This document shows, in pieces, positions 12,140 to 25,399 of a stretch of 64,000 nucleotides of DNA. Source of the stretch: Camelus ferus (lineage: Eukaryota). Within the stretch, counting starts at the first letter, position 1. Every line of letters begins with the position of its first letter. A model generated the notes under the pieces. It was given only the letters and a program-made list of their open reading frames with translations. It did not search any database and had not been told where the DNA came from. The position numbers were made by a program, and so were the translations under genes. The DNA is taken from NCBI RefSeq assembly GCF_009834535.1, contig NC_045696.1, positions 108,626,001 to 108,690,000 on the forward strand, written 5' to 3'.

Positions 12140-13110
12140 AGATGTCCAGTGCTTTGATTCAATAATTCTACATCTAAAAATAATTCTAAAGCAAGAGCAA
12201 GCAGAGGTGGAAAAAGATTTACGTCAATGGATGTTTACTCCATTGTTATCTACAATGTGGAAGAAAGAAAGGAAGAAAGAAAAAAGAACTTAAAAGTCAA
12301 ATAATAGGGTATTCACTTTATATGATGGAATACTACTCAGCCATAAAAAAGAATAAAATAATGCCATTTGCAGCAACATGGATGGAACTAGAGATCATCA
12401 TTCTAAGTGAAGTAAGCCAGAAAAAGAAAGAAAAATACCATGATATCACTCATATGTGGAATCTAAAAAAAGAAAAAGGAAAAAAAGAACACTATGAACA
12501 CATCTATAAAACAGAAACCAGACTCACAGATATAGTAAACAATCTTATGGTTACGGGGGAAAGGGGAAGGAAGGGATAAATTTGGGAGTTTGAGATTTAC
12601 AAATGTAAGCCACTATACATAAAAATAGATTTTAAAAAAAGTTTCTTCTGTATAGCACAGGGAACTATGTTCAATATCTTGTAATAACCTTTAATGAAAA
12701 AGAAAATGAAAACGAATATATGTATGTATATGCATGACTGGGTCATTGTGCTGTGCACCAGAAACTGACACATTGTGACTGATTGTACTTTAATTTAAAA
12801 AATAGGGTATTCACTAAATAAATTACATGTAATGTGATACTACAGAGTCATCAATATTATGTCCTGGAAAAGTATTTTTAAAGTAGATGTTAAACTATAC
12901 ATAGAGCATGAACTTGATAACACACACACGCACGTATATACATACACACATACGTACATATACAACAACATGCACACACACATATAAACCATAAACACTA
13001 AAACAGAAACTGGGAGTGGTGGTATGACCGCTGATGATGATTTGGTGATTTTCCACAGTTTCCCAATGTTTTGAATTGTCCATACAGGACTCGAGTAATC
13101 AAAGAAAATC
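12140..13110 (+). mobile_element. Old L1M-type 3' fragment interrupted by a younger L1
   Basis: Degenerate L1 ORF2-end/3'UTR motifs (ggatgtttactccattgttat; aaataaattacatg) on both sides of the 12318-12800 insert. Includes a CA/TA-rich tract at about 12919-12985. Confidence 0.5.
12318..12800 (+). mobile_element. Young artiodactyl/camelid L1, 5'-truncated (ORF2 C-terminus plus 3'UTR)
   Basis: Translates MEYYSAIKKNKIMPFAATWMELEIIILSEVSQ (ORF2p C-terminus). Perfect 15-bp TSD aatagggtattcact at 12303-12317 and 12801-12815. Confidence 0.93.
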
Positions 13111-14089
13111 TCAGTCACGACATTTTTAGATCTGAGGGAGAACATGAAAGTATGGCTGGCCACCTCCAACCCCAAGAAGCTGAGATCAACAGGGCAGGTC
13201 AGAGTGGGCTGCTTACCAAGGAAAGTCCCACACCAGAGCTGGAGATGCCCTGTGCCAGAGGTCTTTAGAGGAAGGAGAGAGTTAAGGGGAGCCAGGAAGG
13301 CTGCCTGGAGATGGTGGCACACACACAGGCCTTGAAAGACGGGTACAAACTGATGCAGAAATGGGAGGATTAGGCAAAGGGAAAAGAGTGTCCCAAGCCT
13401 CAGAGGGAACAGGACCCTGTGCTTGCCTAGGGGAGCTGCGAGAGTTGTAGACACTGCCGGGCCCACACAGCATTCGTGGGACCACGGCAGGAGGTGGGCT
13501 GGGGCACCCGCTTCTATGTTGACCTGCCCACAGGCGGCCACATGGCCCTCCAGACCCTGCCTCCTCAGGCCCCGCGCCAGCTGTAATGGCCTGGGCAGAG
13601 GGAACACTTAGCTGTGTCACACACTCCTTTCACTCTTGGTGACACTTGAGGAAATTGATACGTGCTGCCGGCACCGTGACACAGACGAGACTGTAACTTC
13701 CAGGGCTGTTAAGCTGCTCGGGGAGCAGCAGCAGCAGCAAGCCTAGAACACATCAGTCAGCATGGAAGTTGTTGAAGACGTGAGGTCAGGGTCAGGGGCG
13801 CGTTGCTTTGGTGAATGGGGAGATCACCGGTCAGGACTGAAGGATGACAAACAGAAATGTTGTGTTCCGAGGGGGAGGGGCAGGCACTCAGGTCCTTGTC
13901 ACTAATGGCAGCCTGTCCCCCCAGAGAGCAGCCAGGCACAACACAACCAAGGCCAGGTCGGGGAGGGAGGGCATCAGAGCCTCCCAGCAGGCAGTTTTGG
14001 GCTGCATCCTGCAATCCTGGTGCAAGGTCAGTGTGGTTGGAGAGTGGAGTAGCCACAAAGCAAACCCAGGAGTTTTCTGATGACTAGGC

Positions 14090-14264
14090 CAGTGATTCTC
14101 AAACTGTGCTCTCCAGGCCAGCAGGAGCAGAATCAGCTGGGAACTTGTAGAAACACAGAAGCACAGACCCCACTCCAAACCTACTGGACCAGCAACTCCG
14201 CGGTGGAGCCTAGCGATCTGAGTGTTTGCAAGCCCTCCAGGAGATTCTGCGCTGAGAACCACGG
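14090..14264 (+). mobile_element. MER5A (hAT-Charlie)
   Basis: Termini cagtgattctcaaact ... gagaaccacgg. 8-bp TSD gactaggc / ctctaggc. Confidence 0.85.
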
Positions 14265-14317
14265 CTCTAGGCCACCTGGTAGACTGGAAACATCACAGCC
14301 GTGGGGCCAATGAAAAC

Positions 14318-14470
14318 TGCCACTTCCAGGTGGTGTGATCTTAAGCAAGTTACTTACCGCTCCCCCGCCTCCTCAGCCCCCTCCTCTGTAAAAAGGGGTG
14401 CTAGGGTAACTTCCTTCTCAGCTTTGTGAAGGCCAGTGTAATGAATGCCAACTTTCTGAAATGTAGCATC
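14318..14470 (+). mobile_element. MIR SINE
   Basis: tgtgatcttaagcaagttacttacc ... ctctgtaaaaagggg. Confidence 0.7.
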
Positions 14471-14529
14471 TCCTCAGTGAAGAGCAGCTGGCTGTTGCCT
14501 GCAAGGAGCCAGGCTGAATGTTCTCACCA

Positions 14530-15250
14530 ATCATTATTTTTAAAGTATTTAAATTGGCCACTTAATATATACTTGGTGCTGTGCTGGGCACTGGGATCCG
14601 CCAGTGGATGAAACACTCAAAGATCCCTCCCTCACAGGGCTGATATCCTAGTGGAGGAAGACAGACCCTAAACTGGAAATTCCAACAGAGGGAATTGGTG
14701 CAGGAGGCCAGAGCAGAGACCTAACTCCATCTGGGAGGGTCTCAGGTAAGTGGCATCCAAGTTAAGATATAAAGAATGCATAAGAGCTGTTTAGGTTGGC
14801 AGAGGTAAGGTGGGTTAGTGAGGGGAGGCAGAGGACCCTCCCCATGGGCAGAGCAGCATGTGCAAAGGGCCCAGGAGAAAAAAATATGACTCAGTCAACA
14901 AACTGAGAGCAACATTTCCATGGTGTAGTGTGAGCGCCACAGGCTCAGGCAGAGAGTACATCTGGGGTGGATGGGGGTCGGTTCATAAAGAGGAGGCTGA
15001 GTCTGGAGAGTAACCTGAGCTCATGTTAGCCCTGGACTTTATCTTTAGGCCACAGAAACCACTGATGGGCTTAACACTGGGGGGGGGGGGGACACACAAT
15101 CAGATTTTTGTTTCTGGAAGATCACACTGGCTGCTGGGAAGAGAATAGATTGGAGGAGTGGGGACGGTTAGGGGGAGACACAGGAAGAGTAATGATCACT
15201 AGGGTAGTGGGAACAGAGTCAAGAGTCATTTAGAAGAGGAGGATCTGGGC
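14530..15250 (-). mobile_element. L2 LINE fragment
   Basis: tgtgctgggcactggg ... gcagcatgtgcaaagggccc ... gaagatcacactggctgc ... gagaatagattggagg. Confidence 0.75.
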
Positions 15251-17055
15251 GTTGACTGGGGATCACTCATGCATTCAACAGTCTGCACAGAGCCCCTGCT
15301 GGGTGCCAGGCACTGGGTCAGGGGACCGGCCGTCTGGCTTGTACCCCTGCTTTCCTGCTGATGCCGGAAAGCCTGCCCTCCACACTTCATCCACTTGGGC
15401 TGGGCATCTTCCTCTGCCTGGAGTTCTCTTTTAAGAATCCTACACCCTGGCAGTGGGCTGACTGTCCCTATGATACCGAGGGGGTCGAGAGTGGCATTAG
15501 GAAAAGGAAGCGCAGGGAAGGTGGGGTATGGGCTCACTCGGAAACCAGGGCTGGCCTGGCTCCTCTCGAAGCTGGCTGGGTCTGCTCCCCAAGTCCGTCC
15601 CCTAACTCCAGCCTGCAAACAGGGCTGGAGGAACCCGTGCACCAAGGATGGTTCTTCAGACTCAGGAATCCTTCAGGACTTTGGGATGGGATGGGGAGGA
15701 GGCCTCTATCTGGAGACGGAGCCCCAGCACTGATGTGATTTCCCTGGACCCTGAAGGTGGGGCCCTACCTGAGCACCTTTCCAACGCGGACCACAAGAAG
15801 CTGCCGGGAGCCCCATGGAAACACTTACTAAGCTTTAGCCCAACAAAGCCCTTTCCCTTTTATATGCACGTCTCATTCATCCAACAGACATTTGGGGAGC
15901 ACTTCTGATATGCACGGAGTTAGATAGAAGAGAGTCCCTTTCTTTCCATCGGGAGAGAAAAGGGCTACGGCTGAGGAGCAGGACAGACATGCGGGGAATG
16001 AGAAGTGAGAGGGGGCCTGGAGGAGCCCTCGATCCAGAGGCAGCAGATGGCCGGTGAGGCTGGAATGCTTTAGATGTGGGGCTCCCGGGGCACAGCGAGG
16101 CCTCCTGGAGAAGAGCTGATGTCACAGCCAGATGGTGAAGGAGGTGAGTGAGCCCATGCTGGGGGCACAGTTGGCAGGAGGGTCTGTCCTTTAGAAGAGA
16201 GCAGAAGTGTCCTGCCAGCAACAGGACAGACTCCTTTAAGGGAGCATGGCCTTCCTCCCTCCCTCTCCACAACCAGGGAGATGCTTCCCATGACCCAACA
16301 AAGAGGACATGAGGGTCAGATCGCTTTGGCCACTCCAAGGGGCCCCAAGGTCCTCTATCCCAGTCAGGCCCATCAGGCCACCAGGGCTGCCGGGCCTAGG
16401 CTCCCACTTCTATGCCAGGGGAAGGGGAGGGCAGGGAATCCCCAGATGTCCCCTCCCGAGGCCCTGTCCCCACCTACGTCAGAGCCTGGCTGCCAATGCT
16501 CTAAAAACATCACCAATCTGGTAGCTCTGGGCAGCAGGCAACGGGACCATATGCCGTCCATCAGGCAGCTTCCCACGTTTCTGAACTGACGTCCTTACCC
16601 TTTGAGAAAAACCTTAGTTTTAAGTACTCCAGTCAATACAGATCTTGATGGACTCCCTGAAAAAATAATTAATAACCAAGTCTTTAAGATAAATAAAGGT
16701 GACTTCTTACAGTGTTTCTCAAGGCTGGGCAATGGCAAGAAGCCACCTAGGGCTCCTTGCTCTTTCCTGTGGCAGCCGGGTCTGATGAGTCATCGCACCC
16801 AGAAAAAGCCTGCCGTCCCTTGCTCTCTCGCTTCTCACAGAGCCCATATGAAAAAAAGGAAAAAAAAGAATCACGTTTGGATGCATCACACAAATCTTAT
16901 TTTCTCTCCAAAACCTGACAAGGCAAATAGTACTTTTCTCTGAGGGAAGGTTGTTATTGTTTCCCCTTTTCCAAGCTTCCTCTCCCCAGGGCTTTGGCGA
17001 GTCCACAAATCACATGTACTCAGGGTGGAAAAAAGACCTTAGAAATATCCTGGAA

Positions 17056-17222
17056 CAGGGTTAGCCAGTAGAGCCACAATCGCCACCTCCCATGCCGGCC
17101 ACGGCAGACATCACTAATCAATCTTGGCACTCACTCCCACTCAACCCAGACCAGGGCTCAGAATCTTTAACACAATGCCCTAGGCAGCCACTACCCGTGG
17201 ATCAAAACTGGCAAATCCAGAG
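17056..17222 (-). mobile_element. hAT-Charlie MITE (MER117-like) inserted into a MIR
   Basis: ggcagacatcactaatcaatc ... ctcagaatc ... ggcagccactacc. MIR sequence resumes at about 17225 (ggggaaactaaggcccagaga). Confidence 0.65.
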
Positions 17223-19149
17223 CTATGATGGGGAAACTAAGGCCCAGAGAAGGCAACAAATAACTTGGCCAGAGGCGCACAGTCAGCAGGGGAACCAGAA
17301 CAAGGCAGAGAGTCAGGTCCACCTGCCTCGTCAGGACGAGTGTGCTGCAGCCCTGCCCCCACCTGCCTCATTCCTTCTCCCTTTCATCTTCGAGGTCAGC
17401 CCCACAGCACAGCCTCCTCTCCAGCTGGGATACCAGGGCCCCTAATTATTCTCTCTGCGTGCATCGGGGAAGAGCTGCATTATGTTTAAGTAAGTGTAGC
17501 TAAGAGGTGCCGCATCTCAAGAGAAGGTCAAGTGCTGCATATGTATAATATAAGATTAAGATTTTCCCCTTCTGTGGTGTACTTGATAAAATAATTTCAC
17601 TGTGAGATTTACGGAAACCCAGGAGTAGAAATGGGCACAGTGGAATTTCCAGCTTCTCCCCAGGTCACAAAGTCAGAAACACCATAAATCTCTAACACTA
17701 TTACACACCGTTCAAGTGGGACAAGTGAGCAAAAGAAATGATTTTTATTCTTCCATAATGACAGAGCAAAAGCATTAAGGCTGAGTTTCTCCAGCTGTAT
17801 GACCAGAGCTGTCTTGATAGATAAAGGACAGGAAACTTCCCTCACGCTGCCCTGACCTGGCCCAATGGCACAGAGTTGGGGATATGGGCCTTCTGCAGAG
17901 GGTCCTAGAAAAGGGATCTGTCCAAGGTCACAGAGGAATAAGTCGGGTCTGACTGGTTCTAACACGCCCTTGCCAGAAGGGTTTGTTGGGTCTGGTCTCA
18001 GCCCTTAAACTGCAGTAACTGTGGGTGTGCCACTTGGTAAGTCCCAGAGTCAACTCTGAAAGAGGGAAAGAGCTGTGAGAAATAATCAATGTTGAAATAA
18101 TAAGGTTCAAGGTTCTACTCATCCCCAAAGATTTCCCACGGAGGAGTGAATGTGACAGTCAGAACCTTTGCATGACATTTATCCAAAAGGCTAAAGGCAG
18201 ACAAATTTGGTAGAATACATTTGGTCTGACTTTTCTCAGGAACCTCACCAAATCTGAAGCAGCCTCTGAACAGGGAAACAGGGCTCACGGATCGGGTTCT
18301 GGAATAGGGAGGATGCCCTCCTACTGAGCAGCTGAGCAGGGTCAGCCGAGGTGCTGGACCCCTGGAGGACCTGAGTGGCCCAGTGGCTGTTGTCAATCAG
18401 AGCAGTTGGGAGGGGGCTCCCGCTGCAGGAGGGGCAGACAAGGATTGAACGGCTGTGCTCTACCCGGAGTGACCATTTATTCCCAGGTGCTGAGAGGTAA
18501 TTTCCAGAGTGCTCTGTGTCCTTCCTGTTTGCAGTTCCTGGAGGTACATTAGCATCACCGACTGCCTTCAAGTTTGTCAGTTAGACGTGATTAAGGGGGA
18601 AGCTTGCGGCAAAGATCAGAGGTGTGAAGGGTGCACTTAGCACTCAGATCTCCGTGCACACCCAGGGGAAGCCGAGAGAGCCCCTCCTCTGAAGGCAACT
18701 CCTGGGGGCATGAGGGAGGGCCCAGGGAAGGAGAGGTGGGTGGGTGCGGCCCCCCAGGAAGGGCCCGAAGGGAGGAGGGAGGAGGTGGGGCAGACCCTGC
18801 TGAGCAGCCTGGGAGAGGACTTGCCCAAAGGAAGTAAGTCGGGGGCTGAAGGGAACACAGGAGCCTAGCATGGACCACCATGCTGGCCCCTCTGTTTCAG
18901 AGGAAGGCAGAGGTGGGCTTGTCCTTGTCCACCCTCCCCTGGCCAGCCTTTGGGTCAGGCCAGCAAGAACCTCATATCAAATGAGAGACGAGCATGTCCT
19001 GCAGAGCGCAGTCTGCGGGTGACGCTGGGTCCTCCCCTTCCACCTGCGGCACCCTCCTAAGGCCAGGTCTGTGGGTTGTCAAGCTGACCTCCACTGCCTA
19101 AAACTGGTTACAAAGTCTTGTCAATATTAATAACAATAACGTTATGAAT

Positions 19150-19372
19150 AATAACAATGATCAGTATTTAAACAGCATTTATCAAGGGCCAGGGACTCAG
19201 TGGCTCTGCAGACCTCATTTCATACTCATAACCATCCTAAGAGACACAGGCCACAATTATTCTTATTTTGATCAGGAAACTGAGGCTCAAACAAGGTCAG
19301 CATCTTGTCCGAGGTCCCACAACCAGCCATGAAGCCAGGAATTGAACACAAGCTGCCTGACTCCAGAGACTT
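19150..19372 (-). mobile_element. MIR SINE
   Basis: ggaaactgaggctca ... cttgtccgaggtcccac ... gccaggaattgaac ... ctgactccagag. Confidence 0.8.
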
Positions 19373-19489
19373 GTTAACTCATTGGCTGAAATATTTTAAA
19401 ATCAAGTAGTTTCCTTGGAACCAACAAAACCAGTGTGCATCATGTTAAATATAAACTATGCCAATGTGACTTCACGGAGAAGGAGTACC

Positions 19490-19710
19490 AGCTTCTGAGT
19501 TACAGACGCCACTACTCAGAGCCATAAGAAGCGAGTTTTATAATCATTCTGAGTCTTGGTGTCCTCATCTGTAAAAATGGAGTAACATTAGTCCCTATCT
19601 CATAGAATTGTTTTGATCATTGAATGAGATAATGAATAAAAATGTTTGGTGCAGTACCTGGCATATAATAACTACTCAATTAAAAGTAGCTGTTAATATT
19701 ATTCTATTAT
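19490..19710 (+). mobile_element. MIR SINE
   Basis: tcctcatctgtaaaaatgg ... cctatctcatagaattgtt ... cctggcatataataactactcaat. Confidence 0.8.
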
Positions 19711-19879
19711 AAAAGTATAATGTGTTCACAATAGGCAATGTGTCATCACCTTGCTAATGTTTTATATTTTTTAAATTCAACATTTGCCCCACCACATACA
19801 GCATTCCTATCAAGGTTTAATGAGGCATGGGCCTCGGCTTGAATCGCTAAGATCCAGAGATATAAGCAAGCCTATGTGA

Positions 19880-20200
19880 CTTCTGGGCAGTGACTGTCAA
19901 AAGAGAAAGCTAGCTCTTCTTCCCTCATTCTTCATTCCCACTGGCTGGAAAGTGGTCGTGATGGCTGAAACTCACACAGCCATCTTGGGCTGCGAGGTGA
20001 AAATTTTGTGCTAAGGATGTCAAGAGCAGCAGGTTTGAATATACCTTGGTCTCTAACACCACGTTAGGGAGGGCCCTTCCAGCCTGAATTTATTTGACAT
20101 GACAGAAAAAACAAGTCTTTTTTATTTTAAAAACCAAATTATCTTACATGTTTCCATTTCTCATAGACGAATGTAATTCTAACATACCATTTCCTTTCAA
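19880..20200 (+). mobile_element. MaLR LTR remnant (MLT1J/K-like)
   Basis: gtgatggctgaaactc ... cagccatcttgg ... gctaaggatg, typical old MLT1 motifs. Confidence 0.55.
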
Positions 20201-20204
20201 TGAA

Positions 20205-20360
20205 ACTTGGTAAGAAAGAGTTATCATTCCCATTTCACCGGCAATGACACTGAGGCTCAGAGAGGTAAAACAACTTGCCTGATATTTCACAGCTAGTCTG
20301 TGGCAGAGGCAGGATTCAAAAGCAGGTCTGCCTGGCTTCAAAACCGATGCCCTTCCCAGT
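20205..20360 (-). mobile_element. MIR SINE
   Basis: actgaggctcagagaggtaaaacaacttgcc ... ggcagaggcaggattcaaa. Confidence 0.8.
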
Positions 20361-21699
20361 TATTTACTAAAGTGACGATATTCATGGGGGTGGGGGCGTT
20401 TGGCATTTATATGCATGTGCATTAAGGCTTGAGAACGCACGTGTCCATTGCATATGAGTTCATGAGAGAGGCCCAGGAAACAGGCCGGATGTAGTGCCTT
20501 TCTGCCTACTGAGGGCACCTTGCCCTACTTACTTTCCCTGCTTCCAAAGGGAGAGAGCGACCCCAGCTTTGGTCTAGGTCAGGTAGCGCTGAGCCCTCTG
20601 AGTCTCTGCCCACCTGAATTCCTGATCAGATGTAAAAAATGTGATGTATGCATGTGGTTGCTGGGCATTCTGCAGACGCCTGCTGCCAAAAGGCAAACTC
20701 ATCTTCCCTGTGGCTTCCAGTGGGCAGAGGAAAATGAAGGGACTGTAAACGGTGGGACAGGCTGAGCTTCCCCAGGACGCATGGGCAGCTCGGCATCAGG
20801 GGGCGGTGAGTGGTCACTGGCACTCACTGCTCCTGCCTCTAGTGGGTGCCAGCTTCCTAGAATATAAGATGTTTGCTATGGACATGACATCTGGGCACTT
20901 GTAAATATTATCATTTAGGCCATCCCAGTCCGCATACGCTGAAGGAGACTATCACCTTTATGCCCACTTCCCGGATAACTTCAGGATGGGATCTGGGGCC
21001 AGAAGTATCCAGCCTGCCGTCCACCAGCCTCAGGGGGCACGGAACAGTGAGTGCCAAGGAAGCCACGTGCGTTAAAGTCTGGATTTCATCATCATCAGGC
21101 TAATAATCATTATTATCCTATGAAACTTCATTACCGAATCCCCCCTTTACCATTTCCACATCTAACACTCATTTGTTAATAACCAAGATAAAGGTCCATA
21201 AAGCAATATTGCTCCCATGTAACACGTCTTTCTCCTTGCTCTCAATAAGGTTTCAGAATTTCATCAGAGGAATGTAAGCGCTTCACCAAGATGTGTCAAT
21301 TATTTCAAGATGACAGGTATTCGATTCCCAAACTCATCAGTGGGGGCTGAAAATGTACTGGTTCATCAAGCAAAGCACATTTCTGGAAGCGCGCTCACCA
21401 TTTGGGAATCAAATAATAATTGCAATACCAACACCTAGGCTTTCTAATGGGTTTTTTCAAGGAGCTAAAGGGTTTCGACACATTCCCCACCAACCCACTC
21501 TCAGATTCATCTTCTTTGTAGGCCTCTGAAGTGGTGAAGGCACCGGCTTTATCTCTCCCACTTTGCAGAGGCAGAAACTCAGACTCTCAGCTCAGAAGCT
21601 GAATGACTTACATAAACAAAGCATACTGGAGGTAAAAGAAAGATACACAGCCACTCCTTCACTTTGGGTCTCTGATCACTTGACAGAAACATCACTCCC

Positions 21700-22000
21700 T
21701 GGATCCAGACCCTGCTGAAGATACACAGCAGAGTAAACCAGAGTCCCCATTCTCAAGGAACACAGGCCTAACGGAAGAACACAATGCCAGCAGTAATTAT
21801 AAAACAGTGTGATTCGTGGGAAAAGAAGCACTGTATGGGAGTGGGGAGAAAACAGGCAGTCCCCTCCGTATTTGTTGGACAAGAGGACAGCTGATCTGGG
21901 TTTTGAAGCATGAATAGGAGTTTTCTAGGTAGACAAAATGAAGGAAGGCATTTCAGGCAAAGGAAATAGCACGCACAAAGGCATGGTGGTGGGCAGGAGT
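21700..22000 (-). mobile_element. L2 LINE fragment
   Basis: ttttgaagcatgaataggagtttt ... ggcatttcaggcaaaggaaatagcacgcacaaaggcatgg. Confidence 0.7.
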
Positions 22001-22481
22001 CAAGGATGTTTAGTAGCTTGCTAGTGTCCTTGCTATATGTCCATCATCAACTAATGAATGAGAAGAAGCATCAGCTGTTGCAAATAGGCTGCAGTTAGTC
22101 TTGGATGGGGGCAGAATGTTGCACTGAGTCCTCAAGTCAGTAGGGATCACGGATATGTTTCAGAAGCACCCACCTGCATCCCCGACTACTGAGTCTCTCT
22201 TGATGACTGCCTGCCAGTTCTCACTCTCCCACGTGGTCCTTCTTGCCTGCCTCCTTCTGATCTCCCAGAGGTAATCAAAAGGACCTCTTGGACCTGGCTG
22301 GCTCTGGATAGCAGGGCATGGGTGTCTCAGCCCTGAATGGGGCTGCCCAGACTTCCTAAACGTGAGATAAGCACCTTCCTCATGCCCCCAACCCACCTGA
22401 CTGCATTCTCTGAGACCTCTTTTGTCCGAATAGAATAACACAAGTGCAAAAGGGACCATCTGAGGAAGGAGAGTTAGTAGG

Positions 22482-22905
22482 TGCAATGGACCAAATGTTT
22501 GTCCCCCTACAGCCAAATTCATATATTGAAGACTTAACCCCCAATGTGGTTGATAGGTATCTGCAGGTGGTGCCTTTGGGAGGTAATGCGGGTTAGACTA
22601 GGTCATGAGAGGGGGCCGCATGATGGGAGTAATGCCCTTGTAGAAAAAGAAAGAGACATGAGACCTCTCTCTCCCTCCTTCTCTCCCTCTCTCTCTCTCA
22701 CTCTCTATGCAAGCAATGAAGAAAGGGCATGTGACGACTTAATGGAAAAACAGTCTACAAGCCAGGAAGTGGGCCCTCACCAGACACTGAACCTGCTGAC
22801 GTCTTGATCTCGGACTTTCCAGCCTCCAGAACAGAGAGGAATACATATCTGTTGCTCAAGCCCCTCCATCTGTGGTCTTCTGTTACAGCAGTCCTCGCAC
22901 AGACA
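22482..22905 (+). mobile_element. MaLR solo LTR (MLT1A/MST-like)
   Basis: TG...CA termini (tgcaatggaccaaatgtttgtcccc ... gcacagaca), internal ttgatctcggactttccagcctccagaac, and 5-bp TSD gtagg / gcagg. Confidence 0.85.
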
Positions 22906-25399
22906 GCAGGAAGGTCTTCCTTCCCTCCCAGGCCCTGGCCTTGCCTCCAGGCGCAGGCTGATTCCTGTCTCCTGCGAAGGCCTCTTCTCTGCTCCAAATC
23001 AGGGCTGCACCTCCGTCCTTCCCAGGCAGGGCCTCGTGTGGATTTATGATTTAATTTGTGTGTATGGCACTAAGAAATGATTTCGGGGCTGGTCACTTAA
23101 GAAATGATTAAAGACCATCATTTCAAACCCACAGCACTCCCTGGGGGAAGGGAAGCGGCATGAGTCAGACAGAGGTGTCGGTAATGCGGAGAGATGGACG
23201 GGTGACAGGGGAGGCCAGTCCCCTGGGGAAGACGGAGACAGGAGGGCAGGGCCTGGATGCTTCGTTTCTGCTGCTGGGAGGGATGTGCATGCTGGGGAGC
23301 GCTGGATCATGCCCTCAGGACCAGCTGGGCTCGGGTCCCCCATCAGACATTGGTGATGCTATGTTTGTCCAGACCAGCAGGTTCCATCCGAGGCAGGTGC
23401 AGGGAAAAATACGCCCAGGCTCCCTCCCTCGGCACCTTCACAGCCTCAGAGCAGTAAACCTGGGCCGGAAGGTGGCTGAGTGTGAAGGAAGAAAACAACT
23501 CATAAAGCCTTTGTCCTCCAGAGGCTTTCCGTGCGCTGACACCGACCGGAAGCCTGCACGTCGGAGCTCTCAATCACCCTGACGTCTCTTCCCAGGGAAC
23601 GGCCGCGTGCCACACTGAAGCGATTTATGAGGGGTGGCTACAAAGTTCTGAGACCAGGTAATGAGCTTGGGAAGATGCCCTCAGCTCTCCCCTCGAGGAA
23701 TTCCTCAAAGTCAGGGCCGTTCGCGGTGCCTCCTGTGTTAATCAACCCGCTCGGCCACCGGAAAACACAGCTGAGCCCTGGCCCCGCCTGCTCATGGCTG
23801 CACATTCAACACGTGGCCCAGGATGTCCCAGGAGGCGGCAATGGGCCAGCAAAATTCACCCCTGGTGTTGACTCTGAACACCAGGGTTCCAGACCAGTTC
23901 CCTTGCTGTCTGTGAGGTCACGCGCAAGACCCATGGTGGCCTCTCCCAGCTGCAGTGGACTCATCTGTGAAATGGGGGCGTGGGAAGTGAGGACAGCTCC
24001 TCAGCTCTGCTTCTTTGCTCCTGATTGGTGAACACATACGAGGCTTAATCCTCCTGTGAATGACAGCTCCCACAGCTGCTAACCTGAGCCTCTCGGAACA
24101 TCCGTCATGGTAAATGGCACTTTGATTTTTGCAAACTCCTTTTATTCTAAATAGTAAAAATAGCTCCAAGAGCACCTTCTCATTTGTGTTTTGCAATACC
24201 TCTCAGCAGAAGGGACAGGGACAGAGAGGTCCCAGGGGAGGAAGGGGCTGAACCTCAGGCCAGCTCTGCAGCTGACGGGGGTGAGTCCCCTCCCTGGACC
24301 CCACTGACCGCTTTGGTGAAATGAATGGTTAAGCTGGATTCAAGGATCCACCTATCCCTTTATCACACCCTCATTTTCAAGGTCATCCATCCATCCTGCA
24401 GCCACTTGGCACACACTTTTGTTAAGCAGGGGCCCTGTATATTCAAAGGCAAGCAGGAAGCAGTCCTTGTCACAAGGAGGTCATGCCCTGACCTGGAGGA
24501 CTGCTCCCACTTCTGTGGTGCTAATCCAACCAAGAGCAGTGACTCTCCTTTGCGGCTGTGCCCCGTGGGTCAGCTGGGGCACCCAGAAATTAAAGACCGT
24601 GCTCAGCCAGCGTGTCCAAGGCAAGGTGGAGACTCAGCTCATCTGGATGCAGGCCTCCTAGAGAGATTTTCCCATTAGTCTGCAGGCCTTCCTCATCAAT
24701 AATGGTACCAACCATAATGAAGATAAATATTTTGCAATGAACTGTTGCTTTGTCACGTGGGAAAAGCAATTCAAATTAAAGGCACTTTGGTCTCTCTCTC
24801 TGCCCTCCTTTATTTTATTTCATTTGCTTGGTATATCTCTGAGCTAAAAAACAAACAAACAAACAAAAAAATTCTATTCTTGAAAAGGGAGAGGGAGGAC
24901 CATATCCAGCAAAGATTTTACTCATTGCCGAGATTTCACTATTTCATAGTTCTGTCACCACAAACACGCCCCTGTGTTGAACTGCCATCATCACCAGCTC
25001 CCAGGAGGTGAGGGGGGCCCCTGTTTGGGACAGGAGTCCACGAGACCAGGACTGCAAGGGCTGTTTCGGGCTTCCTGGGAAGCAAGGGATAAAGCCAGGG
25101 GGACAGACAGGTGACGGATGCATTTGGCCTTTATTATCATTATTTTTCAATGTGCAGGCTTTAATTATCTTGACCACCTAACACTAACTTGCCTACTACA
25201 CACAATTAAAAGCGCCAGTTGAAGAAACAGAACAGCAGGAGGGAAACTTACCGCCTCCTCCTGCCCCTCCCCAAGCTCTGGAGAAGATGCTCTTGTGATG
25301 GAGATGAGCCCCGCCCTACCCCCACTCACTCTCAGCCCTGTTTCATACCTTCACTGCTGGGTTCAGAGCCTTGACCTAACGGTTTCCTCCTCTCTTCTG

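Noticed and set aside
12840..13607. 255-aa minus-strand ORF
   Set aside because: It runs through a CA/TA microsatellite and old L1 sequence (VCMLLYMYVCVYVY) and has no recognisable domain. Chance ORF.
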